From positions 1 through 64,000 of the IMG/VR virus record IMGVR_UViG_3300032607_000303: 64,000 nucleotides of DNA; one strand, written 5' to 3'. This stretch comes from a virus. A program made the translations under genes and the position numbers. Of the stretch, positions 20,676 to 30,741 are shown in pieces (position 1 is the first letter of the stretch; every line of letters starts with the position of its first letter). The notes below the pieces were generated by a model. That model was not told the DNA's origin and did no database searches. It saw only the letters and a program-made list of their open reading frames with translations.

Positions 20676-21122
20676 TTACATAGGCTCATTCCGAAGCATC
20701 TCATTTAACTCGTTACTAACTTCCAAGTAAAGGTCAGACATTTCTTTCAGCTTATCTCTCACACACTCTACTTCAACACGTTTAGCTTCAATGATAGCCT
20801 TACGAGTATTCTGTTCCAACAATTTCTCAGCAACTACAAGCTCCCATACCGCTGTTGTAATATATTGCTGCGCTGTGAGTTTATCTCGTTCAGCTTCGTA
20901 GAGGGATTGTAGGGAAGGCTTTTTACAGGACTCTACAAGTTTGAACCTCTCGGCGTTCCATTGCGGCAATTCTGCTGATACTCCAACCATATCCTCTACT
21001 GTACCATCCCAACTATTACCGTAGTATAGAATTGTGTATTCTTTACCTTTTTTAAGATTAGAACCCCATGAATTTTCATCATAAGTACATATAACACGGT
21101 CACCTACATTAAATTTAGCCAT
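20676..21122 (-). CDS. Hypothetical protein
   Basis: AAGGAG RBS before MAKFNVGDRV. Confidence 0.6.
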   Translation of the reverse strand: MAKFNVGDRVICTYDENSWGSNLKKGKEYTILYYGNSWDGTVEDMVGVSAELPQWNAERFKLVESCKKPSLQSLYEAERDKLTAQQYITTAVWELVVAEKLLEQNTRKAIIEAKRVEVECVRDKLKEMSDLYLEVSNELNEMLRNEPM

Positions 21123-21132
21123 TTGTTTCTCC

Positions 21133-21360
21133 TTATTTAGATTCATTGTAGACTGCTTGCAATACTTTAATCAGTTTAGCGATGTCTGTTGAATAGATTG
21201 GGATAGTGTCTACCAATCCTAAGCGAGAACTTACCAGTGTAATAGCAGATATCCCTACTTTGTCTGGAAATGTTACTTTGTAAAGGCCACCATCATCATT
21301 AATAAATTGATATCCTTCATATTCAATTTCATTTACTTGCTCAATATTCTTAAATGCCAT
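21133..21360 (-). CDS. Hypothetical protein
   Basis: AAGGAG RBS before MAFKNI. Confidence 0.55.
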   Translation of the reverse strand: MAFKNIEQVNEIEYEGYQFINDDGGLYKVTFPDKVGISAITLVSSRLGLVDTIPIYSTDIAKLIKVLQAVYNESK

Positions 21361-21907
21361 GCTGTTCTCCTTTAAGTATTTCATAAACGGCTGCTTCACG
21401 TTTCTTTGCATTACTCACTGCAACACCATCATACTTGTGTTTCTTTAAGTACGCAAGTAGTTGCGCAGAAGATTTATCTTTAATTACTGCCAATACTCTC
21501 TTACGTAGGAAAGCTTCTTCCATTGTGATGTTTAGACGCTCCGCTAAAGTATGGCAGTCATGGCAATTCTTGTCCAAAACTCTGAGGTTGTCAGTTTCAC
21601 AATAAAGATTGTTGGCAAACGCCCCGATATCCTCCCACTTCAAGATGCTACCTGCTGCGACAGGGTGATGGTCAACAATTACGTTCTTCCCAAGGTGCCA
21701 CTCTCCGCACATTGCACACTGGTACTCCCATTTCTGGAGCCTATTTGGGCCTTTGTAAGCCCGCCTAGCAAGCTTCAAAGCTTCTGCACGAGGAGGCCAT
21801 CGTAAGGATTTAGAGCGTAGTGCTGAACGAATCCAAGCAAGATATGCACTCTCAGTCATTGTTCCGCCACACCGTACAAGGGGTTCTTTAGGCTTCTTAG
21901 TTGCCAT
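21350..21907 (-). CDS. HNH-fold endonuclease (conserved phage replication-associated type)
   Basis: WIRSALR, YQCAMC, VDH and NLRVL...CH. Confidence 0.75.
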   Translation of the reverse strand: MATKKPKEPLVRCGGTMTESAYLAWIRSALRSKSLRWPPRAEALKLARRAYKGPNRLQKWEYQCAMCGEWHLGKNVIVDHHPVAAGSILKWEDIGAFANNLYCETDNLRVLDKNCHDCHTLAERLNITMEEAFLRKRVLAVIKDKSSAQLLAYLKKHKYDGVAVSNAKKREAAVYEILKGEQHGI

Positions 21908-21919
21908 CAATTATCTTTC

Positions 21920-22144
21920 TTAGGCGTCATCAAGACTTCTACTGTCTGAAAGAATCATGCTTGCTACACCATCTGCAAGCTCAAACTGTAACTTGAGGCT
22001 ACCTATATCTGCTGTAGGGAGTGTTTCGCTATTAACTGTCAATATAAATCTATCCATACATAGCATAAACTGGTTACGTGCTTCCAAAATAAAGTTTCGT
22101 TCATTATATTGGGTCTTTGACAAATTGCTAAATGGTACGTACAT
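21920..22144 (-). CDS. Hypothetical protein
   Basis: GGAG RBS. Confidence 0.5.
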   Translation of the reverse strand: MYVPFSNLSKTQYNERNFILEARNQFMLCMDRFILTVNSETLPTADIGSLKLQFELADGVASMILSDSRSLDDA

Positions 22145-22310
22145 TATTTCTCCGTTGTAAAGTTAGTTGTGTCGGTAAACACGATAGTATTCCCTTCATC
22201 ATTTATCACTAAGAAGTTTCCATTACTCATACCTATCAAAGTAAATATCTTATTTTGATATTCTAGTTCTTCTGGCGTCAATCTAAACGGCTTATAAAAT
22301 TTAATCTTCA

Positions 22311-23009
22311 TCACAGCGCCCCGTCGAGCACATTAATAGATTCCATCAAGTTAATCATATCATGATCGTTGTCAGCCTTAAATGGATTGTCAAAGCCTGC
22401 CCAGTAAACTTCGTATGCTCCTTCATTAATGGACACAGATGCTCCTGTAGAGAGTGTGAAGGACTTAATAGCATCCAACAAGTTGTCTGCATCAGCGTCT
22501 AGCAAAGTTTCTTGAGGCATATCATAGTCCGTACCACACTTACCACAATCGCACTTGCTGATGTTATCATGGCAAATATAACAAGTAAGGTCTTGTTCAG
22601 GCACCTCTATAAATTCTTCACATTCACAACCTGCAGTGCTTGAGCAGAAGAAGCATGGCTCATTGACGCTAGTGAACGCTTCCTTGCAATCAGGACATTC
22701 ACACCATGCGCATCCTTCTGGTTGTTCTGTAGTGGCCTCTGGAACATTTTTGTTAATTGCTTTGATATAATCTTCTAATTTCTTCATAGCATCCTCTTGT
22801 TGTGTGTTCTCATTTGGGAGAGGAATCCAAATACCTTTTTGTACTAGACCCTCTACAGTTTTTAGAGTATAGGTTACGCTCCCATTGGGCCAACTAACAT
22901 TACAATTACTGTCTCCAATAGGAGTACAAGTGAAGTGTGTATTTTCATAATTAAAGTGCGAAACTTGGAAAGGCTTTGTGAAATCAACTTGTTTAGTGTT
23001 AGTGGTCAT
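22311..23009 (-). CDS. Hypothetical Cys-rich protein
   Basis: Three CxxC-xn-CxC clusters. Confidence 0.6.
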   Translation of the reverse strand: MTTNTKQVDFTKPFQVSHFNYENTHFTCTPIGDSNCNVSWPNGSVTYTLKTVEGLVQKGIWIPLPNENTQQEDAMKKLEDYIKAINKNVPEATTEQPEGCAWCECPDCKEAFTSVNEPCFFCSSTAGCECEEFIEVPEQDLTCYICHDNISKCDCGKCGTDYDMPQETLLDADADNLLDAIKSFTLSTGASVSINEGAYEVYWAGFDNPFKADNDHDMINLMESINVLDGAL

Positions 23010-23039
23010 AGGTGCTTTCTAGGTTTGTTGGAGGTAATG

Positions 23040-24065
23040 TTAAAATGAAATTTGTAGTTTTGTTAGGAGTGCTTTTACGTTTGTTGGTTGTTCGTCTTTC
23101 TTCCGCAACATCTTAGCAAGATCAAAGCATTCTTGCAAGACATATAACCAATCAATTTTAATCTTATCGCCTCTCCAACCTACTACTACTTTAGGCTCAG
23201 GGTAGAGTTTCTTATACCCTTTTACAAGTGCTTCAAAGGCTTGCTTGTCATTAGTACATTCAGATAGTAGATTGAATGCTGCAATATCACCATGTTTCAC
23301 ATCAGAGAAGCAAGCCGCAGAAAAATTGTCGCTCGCATCTTGTCCCATAACCTGCCAGTAAAGGTGCAACCTACCCCACCCTCTAACCTTACCCTTATCA
23401 TCACGAGCAATCTTACCGAATCCAACTCGTAACTCTGGCTTGCTACATTGCCCCACATGATACTGCCACGAGTCTACTTGGCACAAGTCTTTGTCAGCGA
23501 AAGTGATAATTCCCTTATCAGATTCCCTACCTGTTGCCTTCCATTTTGTGTAAGCATTTAGGCCAGCTTCAGAAACCGCATCGTCACTCTCAGCCCCCTC
23601 AATAAATATACAGTTGTGTTCATCAACCATATATTGCTTTAAGGCTGACAAGTGAATAGGGCGCATACCTACTAACTCCCGTTGCCCTTTGTATTTCCAT
23701 AGAGTGGACATTTGTACACGATCTAGCTCACCACGACCTACAAAGCCTACGTAGCTGCTTGCGCCAGTTTCTTCAAGAAGTCCTTGTAAGCGTGTGTCTA
23801 CGGACTTCTTAGCTCTCTCTAGTGGCAAGGCTTCTTGGTGTTCTGTAAAGGTGAACTCGTCAGGCTTCAGGGATGCAAAGTTTAGTTCGTTGTATTCTTG
23901 AACAAACCCACCCTCTCTCTTTGGAGCCTTCCCCCAAAGTTCGGTCTTATTCTTCAACTTTATAGGTTCAGGAATGCCAGGGTGAGTTGCTAGAATGTAT
24001 GTCTCCTGAAAAACACAAGCCACTGTGTAGCAGATAAAGTCGGCATCAAGAATTAGGTAGCTCAT
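23040..24065 (-). CDS. 5'-3' exonuclease (T7 gp6/FEN-like)
   Basis: Likely start MSYLILDAD; YKGQR, ESDD, DKDL and DASDN motifs. Confidence 0.85.
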   Translation of the reverse strand: MSYLILDADFICYTVACVFQETYILATHPGIPEPIKLKNKTELWGKAPKREGGFVQEYNELNFASLKPDEFTFTEHQEALPLERAKKSVDTRLQGLLEETGASSYVGFVGRGELDRVQMSTLWKYKGQRELVGMRPIHLSALKQYMVDEHNCIFIEGAESDDAVSEAGLNAYTKWKATGRESDKGIITFADKDLCQVDSWQYHVGQCSKPELRVGFGKIARDDKGKVRGWGRLHLYWQVMGQDASDNFSAACFSDVKHGDIAAFNLLSECTNDKQAFEALVKGYKKLYPEPKVVVGWRGDKIKIDWLYVLQECFDLAKMLRKKDEQPTNVKALLTKLQISF

Positions 24066-24661
24066 AGCGCAGCACCATGCCCTTCCGAATAACCAGCACC
24101 CTCTGTATTTCTCTGCTCTAGCATATTTACACGGCACTGACAAGCCATCTTGAAAGCAACTTCATTACCTAATCTGTCTATGGAAAAGTATTTATTAACC
24201 CTCTTACCTTCGGAGTTGGCAAAGTATGCACCCCAATACTCCCGAACAAGTCCGCTCTTATCGGTATTTACTTTCTTAGATACACCTACAACACCTGATG
24301 AGTTTGCTACTGACATAGACCTATTACGATTATTAACCGAGTTAGTTGTAACTCTAAGGTTTGATATTAGGTTATTAGTTCTATCCCTGTCTACATGATC
24401 TATTGGTTTTATACCCAAACCACCGTTGTGAAGTTCGTAGATTATCCTGTGGCACAGGTAGGATACAAAGTTAAGGCTTACAACATAATACCCAATACCC
24501 TTATGAAAACCTCCAGCTTCGTCGCCGGCAAGCGCCTTGATAATCTTACCATTACTACCACTTCGCCAATCTTTAACTCGCCTCAAACCTGTCTTAGAAG
24601 TTGAATCGTAGTAAAAGTGCTCTGACCAATCTATACCTGAACTATCTTTTGCTGTCGTCAT
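24062..24661 (-). CDS. HNH homing endonuclease with AP2-like domain
   Basis: HRIIY...IDHVDRDRTNN..SNLR and NSSGVVGV. Confidence 0.9.
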   Translation of the reverse strand: MTTAKDSSGIDWSEHFYYDSTSKTGLRRVKDWRSGSNGKIIKALAGDEAGGFHKGIGYYVVSLNFVSYLCHRIIYELHNGGLGIKPIDHVDRDRTNNLISNLRVTTNSVNNRNRSMSVANSSGVVGVSKKVNTDKSGLVREYWGAYFANSEGKRVNKYFSIDRLGNEVAFKMACQCRVNMLEQRNTEGAGYSEGHGAAL

Positions 24662-24725
24662 CCGTACCTCTCAAAAATAAAGCCCACACCTTTTAGAGTG
24701 CAGGCTATTTAACTAATCAGTTATA

Positions 24726-25367
24726 TTAAAAAGGACTTTGATCGCCGTCATCTTCCATCTCTACAACCTTAGCCTTGACAGGCTTCACAGGACGACTATT
24801 CAATACTTCCTCTCGTGCCGCTTCAGTCTTAATCGGCTTACTGCCGAACTCATTACCCGATTTGCCGCCACCCGAAGATTCGTACTCAATAAACTTGTCT
24901 TCATCCATGAGCACGTTCTGGAGCCGCGAAAAAGTGCCGTAGTCATTTGAGGAAATGTAATAACTAACCTTACCGAAACTGCCATTTGCAATCAAACGAC
25001 TTTGACCAATTTCTGTACGGTTACCATCAGCATCGTCAATGTAAATCTTAGGCCGGAAGTTATCATCTACTGGAACACCGTCGTTAGTAGCTTGACGCTT
25101 TAGTTTGATGCCGTAGACATTCTTTTCACCTTTAAGATGTGCTGGAATAGGGATACGGTACTTGGCTTCAAAGTCTACCGCTTTGATTTTCTTGGAAGGC
25201 TGCTTCTTAAAAGTTTCATCCCATTTCTCGGCAGTGTCTTCGTCAACAATAACCTCAACAGACCATTCTTTCTCTGTCGATTGATATTTGGTGTCGGGCA
25301 TACCTACTTTTGCATATACCAGAGTGCCTTCGATGATGCCGAATGTGTTTTTAGCTTTAGTTGCCAT
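24726..25367 (-). CDS. ssb: Single-stranded DNA-binding protein (T7 gp2.5-like)
   Basis: IANGS motif, acidic tail ending in F (EDDGDQSPF), position next to the exonuclease. Confidence 0.75.
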   Translation of the reverse strand: MATKAKNTFGIIEGTLVYAKVGMPDTKYQSTEKEWSVEVIVDEDTAEKWDETFKKQPSKKIKAVDFEAKYRIPIPAHLKGEKNVYGIKLKRQATNDGVPVDDNFRPKIYIDDADGNRTEIGQSRLIANGSFGKVSYYISSNDYGTFSRLQNVLMDEDKFIEYESSGGGKSGNEFGSKPIKTEAAREEVLNSRPVKPVKAKVVEMEDDGDQSPF

Positions 25368-25445
25368 TGTTTTAGTTCCTGTTTAGATTACTATTAAGTG
25401 CTACGGTGCACTTGCTCTCAGCCTCCGTGCAGGCTGTTTTAAACT

Positions 25446-25522
25446 TGGTGTCCCGAGTCAGACTTGAACTGACGACCAATCCCTTATGAGGGGAGTGCTC
25501 TGACCAACTGAGCTATCGGGAC
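25446..25522 (-). tRNA. tRNA with CAT anticodon (probably Ile2; Met possible)
   Basis: Full cloverleaf GTCCCGA...CTCATAA...TTCAAGT...TCGGGACACCA; C4/C5 and variable region resemble tRNA-Ile2. Confidence 0.9.
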
Positions 25523-25541
25523 ATAACGACTTGAAGACGCT

Positions 25542-25571
25542 ATTATAATTCACCTAATAATAACCTGTCAA
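25542..25571 (-). promoter_or_regulatory. sigma70-like promoter for the tRNA and ssb
   Basis: TTGACA-18-TATAAT. Confidence 0.75.
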
Positions 25572-25720
25572 GCAACTATTTCAATAATTCTTGACAATCT
25601 CTGCCACAATGTTCATCAAATTAACACCTAAACAGAATCCATAAGTTGCCCTGTGTGGCGTCCCTGCTATCAAACAATACGCAGAGAATGCTACTAGGAA
25701 TAGGAGGAATGCTAAAAACA

Positions 25721-26011
25721 TCAAATAAACCCCTTCACAATCCACCCTGCACCCAATGCTACAAATGGCTTCAGAAAGCTAACTTTCAAATCATGCCAGA
25801 TATCCTCATCACTGTCCTTCTTAGGAACATGCTGCTTAGTGGCATACCCTACAACGCATACCAATCCAATAGCTGCTGGAATCGTGATAGGAATCATACC
25901 AAATGTCGTCACAATAAACCAGCCCCACAAGATGCTGAAAGCCCATCCGTTTAAGACAATAGAGACTGCTGCCAAACTAAGTTGACCAAGTACAGTAGCA
26001 AATTTATTCAT
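25721..26011 (-). CDS. Membrane protein
   Basis: Three hydrophobic segments, GGAGG RBS. Confidence 0.6.
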   Translation of the reverse strand: MNKFATVLGQLSLAAVSIVLNGWAFSILWGWFIVTTFGMIPITIPAAIGLVCVVGYATKQHVPKKDSDEDIWHDLKVSFLKPFVALGAGWIVKGFI

Positions 26012-26263
26012 CGCTTCCCTCCAAAATGTTCCTTCATATATTCCTTATACATTTCCCAAGCAATTAACATTTGTGTGTAGTAGCTCATTCGTCGTAAGCT
26101 CCTGCAAGTGTAATTGAAATTATTTCATAACTATAATTATCATTTTCTTCACTCTCAAGTGTATTTACATGAATAGCAGCGTCACCATAACTCTTGAATG
26201 CTTTGATAATTCGTGTCGAACAGTAGTCTGACAAGTCTGTTTCTTCAATCAAAAAGATTTCCA

Positions 26264-26608
26264 TTATGTTTTATCTTTATAAAAATATTTTCTACTATCA
26301 ACGTAGTAATATTGCTTGTCATAGCGATCATACTCAAACTTACCAATCGCTGTGTATTCCTTTCCGTTTACAATGAAGTCTTGCACATACTCATCGCAAC
26401 CACAATTACCAGAACCTTCGCAATCCTGAAAAGCTTCCTGCTCAAACCTATCCATTAGGTAACATTCAGCTTTTTCTAAGCTATCATATACGTGGTTTTG
26501 AATGTTCATACGCAGATTGTACAAATTATTTTTAGCCTCTGTAAGACTAATCTCCATGTCTCGTACAATCAATTCTGCTACTGCAATCTTGCCTTTAATA
26601 TTATCCAT
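26264..26608 (-). CDS. Hypothetical protein
   Basis: GGAG RBS, coupled ORF. Confidence 0.55.
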   Translation of the reverse strand: MDNIKGKIAVAELIVRDMEISLTEAKNNLYNLRMNIQNHVYDSLEKAECYLMDRFEQEAFQDCEGSGNCGCDEYVQDFIVNGKEYTAIGKFEYDRYDKQYYYVDSRKYFYKDKT

Positions 26609-26820
26609 TATTTCTCCAATACATATCGACTATAAATAGTTTCAAAGTCCGTCCCATTTTCCTCTACGCTCACAACTGTAGAAGTGATTGTCCAAATGCC
26701 TGACAAGTGGTTTCGATAATGCTTGATAGGAATTACATCGTGTTGCTCTCCTACGATTGGTGAGCCAGCCCCTTTAAACTCTCTGTAGAATACAATTGGT
26801 TTGTCTTCGTATTTCTTCAT
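26608..26820 (-). CDS. Hypothetical protein
   Basis: AGGAG RBS before MKKYED. Confidence 0.55.
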   Translation of the reverse strand: MKKYEDKPIVFYREFKGAGSPIVGEQHDVIPIKHYRNHLSGIWTITSTVVSVEENGTDFETIYSRYVLEK

Positions 26821-27299
26821 GCTTTCTCCTTGTTCCAATGTTTAAATTCATTAGCAAAATATACCACTTTGTTGCAGTCATATTCCATACTAGCTCCGAA
26901 TTTTCCTCGTCCCTGTGAAGCCTCTGACAGTCTTCGCGTTGCCTTAACAATGTTAGACAAGTCGAAGTCATTTGCCACCATAGCTCGACAGACATCCCCT
27001 ACTTCCACTGTGATAGTCTGTCCATCTTTATTAGTAATATCAAATGTATAGTAGCTAGAGCTAGAGCCGTCTGAGATAATTGGCTTGTCCACAATTTGTA
27101 GTGGTTTATCGGTCAATTCTTCTACAGCCTTATTAGTAGACAAGCGCCAAGATACAATGTCTGCATAATGCTCGCTAACTGTCCATCGTAAATCTCTACC
27201 AACTGCAATATGTCTATCACCATCACGAAACTTAACATCTACGACTACATAGCCTTTAACCGGGCACTCACCACCGTGCCAATCAATCCATTCACTCAT
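26817..27299 (-). CDS. DUF3310/gp1.7-like nucleotide metabolism protein
   Basis: SSSYY...NIVKATRR...DCNKVVYF pattern. Confidence 0.5.
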   Translation of the reverse strand: MSEWIDWHGGECPVKGYVVVDVKFRDGDRHIAVGRDLRWTVSEHYADIVSWRLSTNKAVEELTDKPLQIVDKPIISDGSSSSYYTFDITNKDGQTITVEVGDVCRAMVANDFDLSNIVKATRRLSEASQGRGKFGASMEYDCNKVVYFANEFKHWNKEKA

Positions 27300-27577
27300 A
27301 CTTTCTCCTTAGCTTCATTTGTAAGAATCTTACTATGTAAATATGTGGCTGCTACGCTTCCGAAGCCACCTCCGAGTCCTAATGATAATGCAACGTACAG
27401 CATATCGTCAAGGCCATTCTTTACAATTGTACTAACAACATACACTTCAAACAGCGCTAGTAAAATACTAACAGGCGGAATAAGCCAATATATCTTGTGA
27501 GAAACATTGCATTGTTGTAGAGACTTACAAGCAACATACCCTGTTGAAACTAAGAATGTAATTACGTAGCTATTCAT
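27296..27577 (-). CDS. Small membrane protein
   Basis: Three TM segments, GLGGGFGS. Confidence 0.6.
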   Translation of the reverse strand: MNSYVITFLVSTGYVACKSLQQCNVSHKIYWLIPPVSILLALFEVYVVSTIVKNGLDDMLYVALSLGLGGGFGSVAATYLHSKILTNEAKEKV

Positions 27578-27869
27578 ACTTCCCTAACAGTCAAAAGTTA
27601 TCATCATACTGCGCTTTACTATATCCTCGCTCCCACTCTGCAAAATTATTATCCCAAGTATTATACTCTGACCATGTGTAAGGGCAATCACTCAAGTGTT
27701 GGTAGTTATTGTAAGCCTTGTAACCTTCTTCATATGCTTCTGTGTTCATTACTTACCCTCCTCTATGCAGTAAGCTGCGTCATATCCCTCAACCCATTCA
27801 GACCATTCAAACCCTTCTGTAAAGATGTTGTAAGGACATTCCATGTGAGATACCCCTGACACATATGCT

Positions 27870-28394
27870 TCATAACCTTGCTGCCAAATACTCATTCCAT
27901 TCTCCTAATGTGTAATTCAAAATGCTGTCAATGTCATCATAATATATCTGCAAAAACATCTTGTCAACATCTATTTCAGCGCTATTTTCAAGACGTGTCA
28001 TGTTATTTATGTGCTTACTTCGTTTTTCGTAGAGCATTGCTGGGGAATCTGTCGTGTATCTGTGCATGTAACAGAATCGCAAAATGTCTTCAGGATTGTA
28101 CCTCCGAACAACATAAAATACGCCACGCTCAACAACCTTGCCCACAGGGAAGCCTTTTGGGGCAACCCATGAGGAAGTAAAACGTATTTGCACACGGTTC
28201 TTCTTAGCTTTATTGTTCTCTCTAGAAGGTTGAGAGAGTATGCTTGTGATGCACATGTCCACCATCGGCTTCCACATTGCTAGAGTAGCCTTAGAAGGCT
28301 TTGGGGCATCTGGTAGTATGGCTGCTACTGTTGTGCTGCGGCGTAGGTGACGAGGGTTCTTTAGTTGGTCAATGGGAAGCAAAGGTCTTGCCAT
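27870..28394 (-). CDS. Hypothetical basic protein
   Basis: Coupled to the polymerase gene (TAATG). Confidence 0.6.
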   Translation of the reverse strand: MARPLLPIDQLKNPRHLRRSTTVAAILPDAPKPSKATLAMWKPMVDMCITSILSQPSRENNKAKKNRVQIRFTSSWVAPKGFPVGKVVERGVFYVVRRYNPEDILRFCYMHRYTTDSPAMLYEKRSKHINNMTRLENSAEIDVDKMFLQIYYDDIDSILNYTLGEWNEYLAARL

Positions 28395-30505
28395 TATTTA
28401 TTCCTCTGAATAATAAGTTTATCTGCTTCAGCCACATAATAATCGTAATCAATATCACCAACATAGTCTTCGATATTGTTGCACGGCTTGACCATCCAAG
28501 CACTATCAATTGACAGTCTACGTTCCTCACCTCCTTCAACTAGTGGAGGCATAATTTTCACAAGTTTCCCACCAGACTTACAAGGGTAATACCTACAAAT
28601 ATTCTGCTGTGGAACATCAATAGGACTACCAAACTCATCTTCCATAACAAGTACAAGCCTACTACTCCTAGCAACTTTAGTACGTAGCATGAAATCAAAT
28701 TTCTCCTTGTGTGCCATAATAAATTCACGAACATCAACTCCACTAAGCATATTCGCTTCAGCAGCCATAGGGATAATTAACGATGAGTGATTTTTGTGCC
28801 ATCCTAAATCTTTGTATTCGTATGCTCCTTTACTTTTGAGCTTCCCATCAGTGTAGATAGCAATATAATTATTTACATCCCGAATAATCATCTTACTATA
28901 CTCAACAAATTCCAATTGTAGTTTTACTTGAGACTCCCATTGCTTACAAGCAGCATCATATTCTTCTTGATAATCTCTATCAAGAGCCACAGTGACACCA
29001 TCTGTATTTACACCAACCAAAAGTGTATCTTTAACCTCAAGCAATTTCTCAACCAACAAACATAATGAGAGTTGCCCATTAATAGTAATCTTCATTGTGT
29101 ATACAGGATCATAGAACACACTAAACTTGTTGTTAGAATTTCCATATGTAGCATTCAAAGCAAGCTTCAACATTGCATTCTCTGGAGCACTTTTAGGATA
29201 TGATTTACGTTGTTCATACACATCCTTATAAATCTCGCAGAATTTTACAGATAAGTGTTCTGGATACACGTTGTTAGAGATTGCAATATTAGGATACATT
29301 GAACTAACATCAGCATCAATGATCTTATACTTCTTAGTTTCCTGAACGATCTTACTATTCAAGCTACCATGAATTCCACCTGTACCGAAGTCCATACGGA
29401 AACCGTTCACAACAACATTCAATGTTTCAGCAATCTTCCAGCAGCCCCAATATGAATATTGATTCACACCTTTCTTCTTAGCTTTCAACTCCACCTTGTC
29501 AATCCATCCACAAGGATAGAATTTCTTGAATCTGTCACACTCAGATTGAGTTGGTTCATTAGTGATAGGATCAACAACAAGTTTCTTTTTCTTGATAACC
29601 ATTTCAGCATACTTAGCAACATCACCCAACAAATGTTCTGGAATATCAGAAAACACACCTTTTGTTTCAGTGATTACTTGTTTAGAGAACCACTGTTGAA
29701 TGGCAATAAATTCAGGACGCTTGAAATCATAATAGTCGAACAGACACTTTCCAATATCAATGCTGGAGCGTTTGCTTTGACGAGTTACACGTTTTCCTTC
29801 TGAATCTTTTGTGTACAGTTTTATGTTAGCTTCTTCTAGACGCATAACAAAGTAATCCCCACCAATCTTAGCATCAGAATGGTTGATGAAATCTCGGTTG
29901 TACAAATGAGTTAGCTTTTCACGAAACTCCACCAATGGAAGGCTGTGATTGTAAAATGCAAGAGTCATCATAACATCGTGCATATTATATTTCAACAACA
30001 CATCAATCTCATGATTTTTTAGTTCAGTTCCAACGGGGTATGGGAGGTCGGCAATATTACTCTCACGCATATTGAACTCAAGCATCTTCAAGCTCGTCAT
30101 TTTGGCTTGATTATCGAAATGATGTATCTTGAATAAATCTACTTGGTTCACATACCTTTCATTCAACTTTACTGTGTTTGGAAACTTACCTTTAAAGCTG
30201 TCAATCTGTTCTTGTGCAAACTTGTAAGCTCTCTTAGCAATAGTGGCCCCATTTATAGGAAGCTTACCACTGTCTCGTAGAGCTAACAGTTTGTGCAAGA
30301 CAGGGTAATCAAATGCCAAATTATTGAATCCTACTAAACTAGCATCTTGCTCTTTAATATAATCTAGGCAAGCAAATACTCGGTTCATTTCATTCTTACG
30401 ACTACTAACTTCAAAACTATTAGGAAACATTCCATCTGTACGAATTACACTAAAGGTAAAAGCATTAGGGTATGTTTCAATGTCAAAAATATATTTGTCA
30501 CTCAC
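28394..30505 (-). CDS. DNA polymerase, family B
   Basis: Exonuclease motifs FDIET, FN..FD and YN..D; polymerase motifs DVSSMYPN, KLALNATYG and NTDG. Confidence 0.92.
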   Translation of the reverse strand: MSDKYIFDIETYPNAFTFSVIRTDGMFPNSFEVSSRKNEMNRVFACLDYIKEQDASLVGFNNLAFDYPVLHKLLALRDSGKLPINGATIAKRAYKFAQEQIDSFKGKFPNTVKLNERYVNQVDLFKIHHFDNQAKMTSLKMLEFNMRESNIADLPYPVGTELKNHEIDVLLKYNMHDVMMTLAFYNHSLPLVEFREKLTHLYNRDFINHSDAKIGGDYFVMRLEEANIKLYTKDSEGKRVTRQSKRSSIDIGKCLFDYYDFKRPEFIAIQQWFSKQVITETKGVFSDIPEHLLGDVAKYAEMVIKKKKLVVDPITNEPTQSECDRFKKFYPCGWIDKVELKAKKKGVNQYSYWGCWKIAETLNVVVNGFRMDFGTGGIHGSLNSKIVQETKKYKIIDADVSSMYPNIAISNNVYPEHLSVKFCEIYKDVYEQRKSYPKSAPENAMLKLALNATYGNSNNKFSVFYDPVYTMKITINGQLSLCLLVEKLLEVKDTLLVGVNTDGVTVALDRDYQEEYDAACKQWESQVKLQLEFVEYSKMIIRDVNNYIAIYTDGKLKSKGAYEYKDLGWHKNHSSLIIPMAAEANMLSGVDVREFIMAHKEKFDFMLRTKVARSSRLVLVMEDEFGSPIDVPQQNICRYYPCKSGGKLVKIMPPLVEGGEERRLSIDSAWMVKPCNNIEDYVGDIDYDYYVAEADKLIIQRNK

Positions 30506-30522
30506 AACTTCTCCTTGTTATC

Positions 30523-30741
30523 CTACAAACCAAACAAAGCAGCCATCATAACCCAAAACATAGGCCACCAAAACGCTATCATAACACGCGAAGTCTCCCA
30601 ATGTATATTAGTAATGCAAAAGCCAGTCAAGAAAACTGACAGGCCATCTACAAATCCTATTGCCCATGGGAAGAACATAAATACTGCTAAGGCTGTCCAG
30701 CCAATTCCTTCCCAGAATGCTTTGATGAAAGCGTCACTCAT
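30523..30741 (-). CDS. Small membrane protein
   Basis: GGAG RBS before MSDAFIKAFW. Confidence 0.55.
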   Translation of the reverse strand: MSDAFIKAFWEGIGWTALAVFMFFPWAIGFVDGLSVFLTGFCITNIHWETSRVMIAFWWPMFWVMMAALFGL

